This document shows positions 10,601-17,515 of a stretch of 26,143 nucleotides of DNA, one piece after another; the first letter of the stretch is position 1, and every line of letters begins with the position of its first letter. Under the pieces are notes generated by a model, which saw nothing but the letters and a program-made list of their open reading frames with translations, searched no databases and was not told where the DNA came from. The translations under genes were made by a program, and so were the position numbers. The stretch comes from Cyanobacteria bacterium P01_D01_bin.73. GTDB lineage: Bacteria; Cyanobacteriota; Cyanobacteriia; CACIAM-69d. The DNA is taken from NCBI GenBank assembly GCA_039198915.1, contig JBCCTE010000001.1, positions 1 through 26,143 of the forward strand, written 5' to 3'.

Positions 10601-10966
10601 ACGGTACAACGAGCAGTTAAGTCTGTTTGCGGACAAGGCTACCGAGCATTTTCCAAAGTGGTCAAACGGCTATTAGAAACCATTAATAGTGGTTTGACCA
10701 CTTTCCAAAACAGTCTTGAATTGGAGACTTTGCGTCAGGAATTAGACGCTATTGGCTGTGGGCATTTCTTTGGCAGCGCCAACGCTTTAGAGACCATGGC
10801 CACATTGGAGGAGCATTTTAAGAATTACGGGCAAGCTCAGTTTCTACGGGCAATCGAAGGCGTTTCGACTTATGGGCGTGCCGGTATAGATCGGGCGATC
10901 GCAGCTGCGGCTGTAGACCAGGCGATCACCGCTCCAAAACCGGTGCTCATATTGCCACCGGAATAA
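7601..10966 (+). CDS. Plasmid replication primase-helicase (ZnF-Toprim/DUF3854-like-helicase-HTH; cyanobacterial CyRepA-like)
   Basis: N-terminal CPIC...C...HC, Toprim IWITEGFLKA and YLLPDAG, P-loop EAGSGKS, VIIDEA, LLDATG, C-terminal HTH SQQALAKATGRSLSTVQRAVK. Overlaps the helicase gene by 8 bp. Confidence 0.75.
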   Translation: MANQFHYYRQGDCPICGGAGHKSNKVCRSTTTDDGRIKVHCWGGGDALKGWGYVGDDTHGMAQYIEGWGDRRDMDRDARERKATAARAQAEKERLGRSLTIERDATYRKWQDNQRLNQRDRDELTRRGLLPNEIQLAQELGWLRRWEKGSQLFGPANIPGVNHWGLGGQSGLAIAAPNSDGLIAGFQVKPDSQGDGPKYRWLAGCALRNNEQPIPVFQHPDRRGDVEIWITEGFLKALVTAFLAWRLGLTHVVVVGCGGSNWASAPAQWERTLQRLNPTAIYLLPDAGAAQNENILGQADRLRSLLRGLGHTLKFKWWGQFDKSGKGNLDPDEVPTQTIIDAPALPAIPAGAIQLWSETPQRQALLVPGVGMPLLYEPGDRQRVWEGMEDRAIASGQSLVVLDTSEAGSGKSRDAGIFLHNAPNGTQRVFASQEYRNPSDPTLDALPELEAKHLGLVGNDIDGRYIRRTPKAGEEPNIEPSCAKAPYFHKAHSMGVQAIAGADCHACRTCPMADITYREGEVVALTCQHLNRKRATKDTPAYRCHPSTIAKPSERYDSQTVIIDEATPALSAVQSQSFSPNDLAQDFQALKVTAPEPAAIIEPLVDADILALHKLSASKDPEDYYGLSSYALMESQAQAVKAVESQLEASPHFDYISAATPWEWLAKRLDKATRTLPDHHLGSTLEEHLWALDNLARARFFGERLRATTGQHSRATMPRTNIANGDRPATLQLSNANARTKAQFKTANRLSILLDATGSPAHLRRITGQPVFWIQQRRSQFPNLTIKLITGTDKLKVNREQSTRDRARLLAQRVADAHQGQSIGLIDYQRYRDDYDGLGFKFLSRFVESRGTNRAKDLDAIALMGVGVSNLGQLAIQYELLHRCTIADLAHDRRFLAWVRRRSLDLTVQEISRLRAQWSSTSQTVYVAGASKTAIARLQKEFPGATVEVVDVMRISPQSATEKAQRTANAVIDSAITTAKDTGVMPSQQALAKATGRSLSTVQRAVKSVCGQGYRAFSKVVKRLLETINSGLTTFQNSLELETLRQELDAIGCGHFFGSANALETMATLEEHFKNYGQAQFLRAIEGVSTYGRAGIDRAIAAAAVDQAITAPKPVLILPPE

Positions 10967-11056
10967 TCATTGCCACCACTTCAAAATCGCTGCCCCCTGT
11001 GTTAGGGGTAGCCGCTGCATGGACAATAGGGTGAATCACACTTAGTTCAGGTGTAG

Positions 11057-11419
11057 GTGATGAAGACCAAAGGCAAAAATGGCATTGATCCTTTCCCCCG
11101 CTACGTTATTGAGGAGGCTGTGAGGGCATATGGACGGCTAGAGAGTGCTAGGGAGATCGTCTCAAGCCCGCCCCCAGAAAATGCTGCTAGACCAGTCTCC
11201 ATTGAGCTTGAGCCCGGACTCATTCATGCGGGATTAAGGCAGGCTTTTGAGCAAATGTGCAAGGGCGAGGAAATAACTCTGACGGTCAACGTGACGCTGC
11301 CACTTTCCGAGGAAGATCTATTGAGCTGCATTGAGGAGTGCTTGGGAGAGCAGGAAAGCTCTTCACTCGTTACTTCTTTACCGGCCTTTCAGCTTGGCTC
11401 TCTGATCCAAGACAGTTAA
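11057..11419 (+). CDS. Hypothetical acidic protein
   Basis: 120-aa ORF downstream of rep; no recognisable motif. Confidence 0.55.
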   Translation: MMKTKGKNGIDPFPRYVIEEAVRAYGRLESAREIVSSPPPENAARPVSIELEPGLIHAGLRQAFEQMCKGEEITLTVNVTLPLSEEDLLSCIEECLGEQESSSLVTSLPAFQLGSLIQDS

Positions 11420-11501
11420 ATACGATTTGCATTGTGACGATTGCTCTCGCGCGGGGGACATTTTGAGGGTGTGTGTCTTGAGGATGCGCTTTATACATCT
11501 C

Positions 11502-12459
11502 TGGATTTCAGCGACCCCATCCTCGTCTGGTCAATGGACAGCTTAGACTTTCAATCCCTAGGAAGGATTCCGATGGATTTCAGCCAACGCTTTTAAGTTA
11601 AGGCGACCTTCTTTTTCAACTTTCAATCCCTAGGAGGGATTCCGATGGATTTCAGCAGATCCAAACAACCGAAAAAACGGGGCAAATCTCGCCTTTCAAT
11701 CCCTAGGAAGGATTCCGATGGATTTCAGCTGTAACCGAACCACTGAAAAGTCAGCGCATTGAACGCTTTCAATCCCTAGGAAGGATTCCGATGGATTTCA
11801 GCCATACGCTGCGTCGTTAAACGCCCGAGGGAAGGACTTTCAATCCCTAGGAAGAATTCCGATGGATTTCAGCGATAGTTCGCCTAGAGGGCACATGGTC
11901 CCAAACTCACTTTCAATCCCTAGGAAGAATTCCGATGGATTTCAGCGTCCCCTTAAGCCCATCACCCCTACAGAGGTATTTCTTTCAATCCCTAGGAAGG
12001 ATTCCGATGGATTTCAGCCCATCAGGTCCAGGTACCTGATCAGGATTCAAGTCCTTTCAATCCCTAGGAAGGATTCCGATGGATTTCAGCTTTGCACCAG
12101 GGCGGCGCTAATCCACCAAGATTTATCGCTTTCAATCCCTAGGAAGGATTCCGATGGATTTCAGCGGCTTGGCGTTTGGCGGCTAATTGATCCTCTTGTT
12201 CACTTTCAATCCCTAGGAAGGATTCCGATGGATTTCAGCTTTCATTCAGCTTCTCGGGGGTGAGGTTTAACAGTCTTTCAATCCCTAGGAAGGATTCCGA
12301 TGGATTTCAGCCAAGTTGAGGATCACTCTCCCGCAATTTAGGAGAACTTTCAATCCCTAGGAAGGATTCCGATGGATTTCAGCGCAGCTGGATGCTCCTA
12401 ATGGTTGGGTTTATCTCGAATCCTTTCAATCCCTAGGAAGGATTCCGATGGATTTCAGC
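11502..12459 (-). CRISPR. CRISPR array: 13 full 37-bp repeats plus a truncated terminal repeat, 13 spacers of 34-39 bp
   Basis: Minus-strand repeat GCTGAAATCCATCGGAATCCTTCCTAGGGATTGAAAG. Plus-strand starts at 11548, 11620, 11693, 11766, 11837, 11910, 11982, 12054, 12129, 12203, 12275, 12347, 12423; 11-nt remnant at 11502-11512. Orientation inferred from the 3' hairpin, the ATTGAAAG end and the degenerate left terminus. Confidence 0.98.
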
Positions 12460-12480
12460 TGTGGTGTCCTATAGCCCAAG

Positions 12481-14373
12481 CTATATCGGTGATTGAGCCT
12501 CCTTTTGCGCGGATTGATTATTAGCTGATATTCCAAAGGTGTCGGAAGTGGGATCGTGCGATCGCTCAGCCTGTGGCGATCGCAGATGTGTTGGGCTTTC
12601 CGCGACTCGCGCGGACCCTTTAGGCTGCACTTTTCGCCGTCTGTCCCGCGTAGCGGGGATTTCGGGATGATTCACCAAGTTGGACGAGAGAATATCCCCC
12701 GACTCGCGCACCAGAGTACGAACCTGACTATCACCGCTCTCAGGCGAACTACATAGGCCGTCAAAACGGCTAGGGGCATCGCTCACCGACACGAGCGCAC
12801 CCTTCTTAGACATCACTGGCGATAAGCTCAGTGGCTTTAAGCGTCCCGGTAGAATCCGGGATTTAGAATCAAGCGCATCGCTCAAGATGTTGGCGGCACC
12901 AACCCCATCACGATCACCTGTCCATCCGCAGCTACGGCAGACGTAGAGTCGTCCCCGTGGTTTGCGTCTAGCCCCGCACTTGGGACAAGTTTGAGAGGTA
13001 TAGCGCTCGCTTTGTAGCGATAGCGTTGCGCCATGTTCCTCTAATTTCTGCTGTAAAAGATCGCGTTGACGTCCAACCTCCCATAGGGCATTTCGCTTAG
13101 ATTGAAGCTTGCGAGTTTCCCCCTTTTTACGTCCCTTAGGGATGTTGAACACATCTCCAAAGTAAAGCGTTCCAACATCCTGGGCGATGCACCAATTAGC
13201 AATTCGCTTAGTCACACAGTGGTTTGCATAACGTAGCTTTCGCCGGGCGATCGCGTTATGGCGCCCAAGGGCATGCTTCAGTTTCCAATCCCTATTTGAG
13301 TAACGACGACGATACCGAAATGTCTCAGGAGAATTGCCCGCTGCAACGTGGCGCTCTAACTGTTCTCTGCGACGGTGGGCTGCAATGCGTTGGTGGGCGT
13401 ATTTCGTACCCGCCCCTGAAGACTTCGCCTCCATAGACGTCATTGTTTCCCGTTCTTCTGAGGAAAGGTAATAGCGCACTTGTCCACGGAACACCCGCGC
13501 CCTTTTTCGGTTAATAGCCTTTTGTGATCGTTCCCTCTGGCGCTTAACAGCAAGGATGTCATGCCCCGACACCGAACGAATACGCCCTTTGCTATCAGCT
13601 ACAACCATCGCTCGAAGCTGACCAGGATCGACCGCTGCCACATTAGTCAGCGCTTTCACCTCATCTGCATCTGGCTTTGGTAAGGAATAGGAAAGGTGAA
13701 TCCATGCATCTCCCCCGTCATCAAAAGAGATGGATGCTTGCAAGACTTCCATTCCTACCATCTTGGGAGGAACTGATACGGTGACAAAACCACCAATCTG
13801 AGTTTTAGACCCCAGCTGCAGGTGAGTACCGACCCACCGACACTCTGCCTTCAGGACATCCCACTTACGCCCTGATGGCTTACGAACAGAGCGGAACCGC
13901 ATCGGCAACTGAGCCCGGTAATTTCCCTTCTTGCGATGAGTCCAGAAGCCTTTGATTTGACCACGCATCCCCCGGCAGAGTGCGGATACTTGCTTAGAGC
14001 TAATGCCATACTTGCACCCGGCATCGAATGGAGCTGGTTGCCGGTCCGTCAAAGCTTTCAGGTACGGCCATGGCTCTAGCATGGCGTCCTTCCGGTACTC
14101 AGCTACCGGTACCCCAGCTATTACTTCACCTGTGTCCGCAAAAATACGGCGGGCTCGCTCAGCTCCTTTTCCTTTGATAAAGCAATGTCGAACTGCATCC
14201 CCATTAGCAATTGGGAATATTGGCTGTGAATGCAACCTCATTGCATTAACCAGCTCGTTGTAACACCATCGTTGAGCAGCCATTAGCGCCGCAACCTGTG
14301 CCCGCTTCTTTCTCGTCAAGCGCACTGGCGTGACGACAGTTCGCGACAGTTTAGTGGTTTTATCTTTCGCCAT
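12481..14373 (-). CDS. tnpB: CRISPR-adjacent TnpB/Cas12f-like RNA-guided RuvC protein
   Basis: N-terminal helix AQRWCYNELV, RuvC-I AAVD249PG, RuvC-II LYFG406D, QSE456RYTSQTC, Zn finger C463/466/479/482, RuvC-III DRD489GVGAANI. Stop codon 21 bp from the first repeat. Confidence 0.9.
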   Translation of the reverse strand: MAKDKTTKLSRTVVTPVRLTRKKRAQVAALMAAQRWCYNELVNAMRLHSQPIFPIANGDAVRHCFIKGKGAERARRIFADTGEVIAGVPVAEYRKDAMLEPWPYLKALTDRQPAPFDAGCKYGISSKQVSALCRGMRGQIKGFWTHRKKGNYRAQLPMRFRSVRKPSGRKWDVLKAECRWVGTHLQLGSKTQIGGFVTVSVPPKMVGMEVLQASISFDDGGDAWIHLSYSLPKPDADEVKALTNVAAVDPGQLRAMVVADSKGRIRSVSGHDILAVKRQRERSQKAINRKRARVFRGQVRYYLSSEERETMTSMEAKSSGAGTKYAHQRIAAHRRREQLERHVAAGNSPETFRYRRRYSNRDWKLKHALGRHNAIARRKLRYANHCVTKRIANWCIAQDVGTLYFGDVFNIPKGRKKGETRKLQSKRNALWEVGRQRDLLQQKLEEHGATLSLQSERYTSQTCPKCGARRKPRGRLYVCRSCGWTGDRDGVGAANILSDALDSKSRILPGRLKPLSLSPVMSKKGALVSVSDAPSRFDGLCSSPESGDSQVRTLVRESGDILSSNLVNHPEIPATRDRRRKVQPKGSARVAESPTHLRSPQAERSHDPTSDTFGISANNQSAQKEAQSPI

Positions 14374-14473
14374 CTAGATAAGTGGCTCAGCCGGTCATAT
14401 CTAATGAAAATTGATACTGATTTCAGAATAGCAATGTTCCAGGAGAGAGTGGTCGGGTCTGCCTTAACTAGCT

Positions 14474-14875
14474 TTATTTGTTGGCTTCGGTGTCTAGCCC
14501 TTCAGCCGCAATGCGCAGAGATTGCTGGTTGGGGCATCGGTCAATATCGCTTTCGTCAATGGCTGCCAAGCCGCGCAACAGAAGCTCTGCATTCAAGTGA
14601 ATTTCTAGCTCGGAATCAGTAGGGATGAAAATTTCGACCTGATTATCACTGCCTAAAACCACAACTTGATCGCCGAAGCTTACCAGTTTTTCTAGCTCAG
14701 CTTTAGCGCCCGGCTTAGGGGAAACGCCACACAGCTTTACTGGCTGGTTTTGCCCGTTGATTTGGACCACCAAAGTTTCACCATCGATGATCTCAGAGAG
14801 AAAGCCGCTCTGGCTGCTGTAGTTCTGATCGCAACTCAGTAGCAGTAGAGCCAGCAAGGTTATCCAGGATTTCAT
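14474..14875 (-). CDS. Thermonuclease (SNase)-like lipoprotein, catalytic motifs degenerate
   Basis: Lipobox LLLSC; EIIDGETLVV...VKLCGV...LNAELLLRGLA. Canonical DGDT, GIDAPE and YGR motifs are altered or missing. Confidence 0.7.
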   Translation of the reverse strand: MKSWITLLALLLLSCDQNYSSQSGFLSEIIDGETLVVQINGQNQPVKLCGVSPKPGAKAELEKLVSFGDQVVVLGSDNQVEIFIPTDSELEIHLNAELLLRGLAAIDESDIDRCPNQQSLRIAAEGLDTEANK

Positions 14876-15135
14876 CGCTGTGCGATCGCCCCCGCCACTG
14901 TTAACAACGTTTTTTCGAGTTGCTTCATTCTGTTCTCTAAATCGGCAACTTTGCTTTGGAGGCTTGCTCCGGTTTCTCGTTTTAGCTCGCGCAAAACAAT
15001 TTTTTTTAGCAAACCAGCGCGGGTTGTCCCTTGTTCATTCGCTAGCTTGTCAAATTCATCAATGGTTGTCTGGTCAAGACGGCAACCGACAGGGATGGAA
15101 CTCATTTTGAAAACGGCGTTAACGTGCGCCGCCAC
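14872..15135 (-). CDS. CopG/RHH-like regulator with C-terminal coiled coil
   Basis: IPVGCRLD-helix-TTRAGLLKKIV, then heptad LQSKVADLENRMKQLEK. ATGA overlap with the next gene. Confidence 0.7.
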   Translation of the reverse strand: MAAHVNAVFKMSSIPVGCRLDQTTIDEFDKLANEQGTTRAGLLKKIVLRELKRETGASLQSKVADLENRMKQLEKTLLTVAGAIAQR

Positions 15136-15223
15136 TAAATTTCATTCTCAATAATTGGCACCTGTTTTCAACAGCCGCGATTAATAAATTGCCGCCTGCC
15201 TACAATCCTTGTATTTACTGCTA

Positions 15224-15251
15224 ATGTTAGATAATACTAATTATCTCATAT
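15224..15251. other. dif/Xer-like 28-bp recombination core site
   Basis: ATGTTAGATAA-TACTAA-TTATCTCATAT: 11-6-11 architecture, arms 9/11 inverted, with inner ATAA/TTAT as in Xer sites. Ends 7 bp before the recombinase ATG. Confidence 0.65.
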
Positions 15252-15258
15252 TAAAATT

Positions 15259-16080
15259 ATGGGACCGATTTACCACGATTGGATCAGTCGAGCGCGATCG
15301 CCTCATACGGCTCGGATCTACCAACAGAGTTTGGATAAGTGGAAATCGGTGTTTGGGAGGTTGCCGTCTGGAGAAACGAGGGCAGCTAATTTAGATCGGT
15401 TTCTTAGATCGATGGCTCATTTGTCGCCAGCAACGAAAGCAACCCATATACGGAATATCAAAACGTTGTTGCGCTGGGGGCATGATGAGGGGCATTGGCG
15501 TTGTCCCCCGTCGGTGTTGAAATATCGATTGCGATCGCCGGGGACTGCTGCTGCGTCGCGATTCTTAAGTCCTGACGATGCCCGAGCCATCATTACGGCG
15601 GCTGGGAATGAGCGGGACCGGTTGATGTTGCAGTGCTTGTTTTCTTTAGGACTTAGGAATGCTGAGTTGCGGGGGCTGGAATGGTCCGACCTATACTATG
15701 ACCGCCTTACGGTGCGGGGTAAGGGGGAGAAGGTGCGATCTCTGATGGTGCCGGAAGAGCTGCTGAAGCAGTTGAATGTGTGGCGAGCTGCTAGCAGTGG
15801 TAAGGGGCTGATTTTCCGTAGTCATCGTAGTGGATCAAGACTGGAAGGGCAGCATGTGTGGCGGGTGGTGAAGGAGGCGGCGGCGATCGCCAGGGAGGCA
15901 GATCCGAGTATTCCCGATGCGAGTCCCCACTGGTTCCGTCATGCGTTGGCGTCAGCGGCTTTGCAGGGAGGCGCGACGGTTAAGCAGGTACAGGTGTATT
16001 TAGGGCATTCGTCGGGGCAAACGACGTTGGATACCTATGCCCATGTAATTGGGGATGTGGCGATTGCGGATTTTGTTTAG
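15259..16080 (+). CDS. Tyrosine recombinase (XerC/D-like; likely multimer resolvase)
   Basis: GLRNAEL, RGKGEK, HWFRH, LGHSS, TYAH: the catalytic R-K-H-R-H-Y set is intact. Confidence 0.93.
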   Translation: MGPIYHDWISRARSPHTARIYQQSLDKWKSVFGRLPSGETRAANLDRFLRSMAHLSPATKATHIRNIKTLLRWGHDEGHWRCPPSVLKYRLRSPGTAAASRFLSPDDARAIITAAGNERDRLMLQCLFSLGLRNAELRGLEWSDLYYDRLTVRGKGEKVRSLMVPEELLKQLNVWRAASSGKGLIFRSHRSGSRLEGQHVWRVVKEAAAIAREADPSIPDASPHWFRHALASAALQGGATVKQVQVYLGHSSGQTTLDTYAHVIGDVAIADFV

Positions 16081-16244
16081 GTAGTGTAGAAGTAAATTTC
16101 ATTACAGATATTCCCTAACGAATAACAGTATGGGGATAAAACATAAATAATTGACTTCGAATGTAGAAAGTTCTTGAGTTGAACAAGACAGCAGTTCTCG
16201 GAAATTAATCTATCGATTTTTGACATGTCAAATAGGCTTAAAAA

Positions 16245-16412
16245 ATGTCCATAGAAAACAAAAATAAAAAATCTTCTTCCCTATCCGTAGAATCTATCTC
16301 TAGTGATGATTCCGAATTAGAAGAAAAAGAAAATTTGTCAGGAATTTTTTCTCGAAGAAGCATTAAAGAAAAGCTTAAAAGATATACTCAGTATGACAAT
16401 TTACAAGGATAA
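16245..16412 (+). CDS. 55-aa peptide missed by the ORF track (possible precursor/leader peptide)
   Basis: My translation: MSIENKNKKSSSLSVESISSDDSELEEKENLSGIFSRRSIKEKLKRYTQYDNLQG*. Ends 29 bp before the peptidase-like gene. Confidence 0.5.
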   Translation: MSIENKNKKSSSLSVESISSDDSELEEKENLSGIFSRRSIKEKLKRYTQYDNLQG

Positions 16413-16441
16413 GAATTTGATAAAGAACTATCTTCTAGAAA

Positions 16442-17515
16442 ATGATTTTTTTGTCTGATCTGATTTCAATTTTTGGCGATGAATTTGGGGACATTTTATT
16501 TCTTGTTGCTTCACACGAAATTCGAAAATTTATTCATGTCTCTGAAGCCTTAAGAGATATTGTTGAAGTGACTGAAATAGAGTGGATAGATTTTCAGTCT
16601 CGTAGAAAAATAGCCGATCAAATTTTATCGTTGAAACAAGATGGGCGCTATTGTTCAGTGCTAATTATTTCTGAAGATGATTATAGTCATTTCGATGAGA
16701 TCGAAATACTTAACGCCAAAATTGCAGCTATTTCCTTCTTTTCAACCTCCTTTAGTTTGCAAGCACTTTCGAGGACGGCTGAAATTATAAAGAACACTAA
16801 TTACGCTCTTCAGTTAAAAACAGAATTAGCTCTGGTGGAAAGGTTAGACGAGGCAGATGTGACTATTTTTCGAGATGAAGATTATGGTACGGAGTCTGTC
16901 TTCCAGCATCATGAAAGTGATAATTGGTTTTCTCTGCATGGACCTCTTTCCTTTGGGCAACAAGCAGTTCTCCCAACAGGAGAGTTATCTGTATTAACAG
17001 ATGAATCTGGTCAATTCTCCGATCAGTCTAAATTTCGTTTAGATGGAAAATTACTTGTTAAAGGGGTACCTATTATTCATCGAAGTGACTTTAATGTCTC
17101 ACTGAAAGAAACCATAGAGACTTACGATAAATTATCTTCTATGAAGACAGAATCTATTATTTTTAATGTTAAGGATGGAGAGATTGTAAGTATTGCGGAT
17201 GCGAGTATGCGTAACACCAGTCTTTTGCAAGAGTTTGAAGAATTGCTTTCATCAGATAGTAGATATTGTAAAATCCATGAAATTGGATTTGGCAGTAATC
17301 CCAACTGTGCTGATCTATTTGATGAAAACTACTTCCCTAATGAAAGATTTCCCGGCGTCCACTTCGGTTTAGGGTTGGGGAGCTTTACGAAATATCATAT
17401 AGATTTAGTCTGTGAAAATACCAAGGTTTTTATTGGTTCAGGCAACTCGTATGAATTAAGAGAAGTTTATGATACTGCTGCTCTCCAGTTTCGGGAGAAT
17501 TCATCTTTGTACTGA
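16442..17515 (+). CDS. M29 aminopeptidase-like metalloprotein (CgnB/CgnE-like)
   Basis: LPTGEL, HEIGFGSNP, PNERFPGVHFGLG and HIDLV parallel the M29 metal-ligand motifs. AT-rich, no HIP1. Confidence 0.65.
   Translation: MIFLSDLISIFGDEFGDILFLVASHEIRKFIHVSEALRDIVEVTEIEWIDFQSRRKIADQILSLKQDGRYCSVLIISEDDYSHFDEIEILNAKIAAISFFSTSFSLQALSRTAEIIKNTNYALQLKTELALVERLDEADVTIFRDEDYGTESVFQHHESDNWFSLHGPLSFGQQAVLPTGELSVLTDESGQFSDQSKFRLDGKLLVKGVPIIHRSDFNVSLKETIETYDKLSSMKTESIIFNVKDGEIVSIADASMRNTSLLQEFEELLSSDSRYCKIHEIGFGSNPNCADLFDENYFPNERFPGVHFGLGLGSFTKYHIDLVCENTKVFIGSGNSYELREVYDTAALQFRENSSLY

Noticed and set aside
11862-12263. 133-aa ORF with repeated LSIPRKDSDGFQ
   Set aside because: It is a translation of CRISPR repeats and spacers, not a gene.
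11513-12422. Self-targeting spacers
   Set aside because: Only matches of about 9 nt were found by eye elsewhere in the window; a computed search is still needed.
12511-12517. Anti-repeat (tracrRNA) match GGATTGA
   Set aside because: Only 7 nt and does not extend, so it is within chance.
12481-14373. Calling the effector Cas12k (CAST)
   Set aside because: No tnsB, tnsC or tniQ and no transposon ends were seen, and a plausible catalytic triad is retained.
12481-14473. Autonomous IS200/IS605 or IS607 element
   Set aside because: No tnpA or serine recombinase, and no convincing left-end hairpin upstream. The 5-bp hairpin at 12645-57 is only a weak right-end-like remnant.
14474-14875. SNase-like gene as a CRISPR accessory nuclease
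   Set aside because: It is a lipoprotein common on plasmids with degenerate catalytic motifs; adjacency alone is not evidence.
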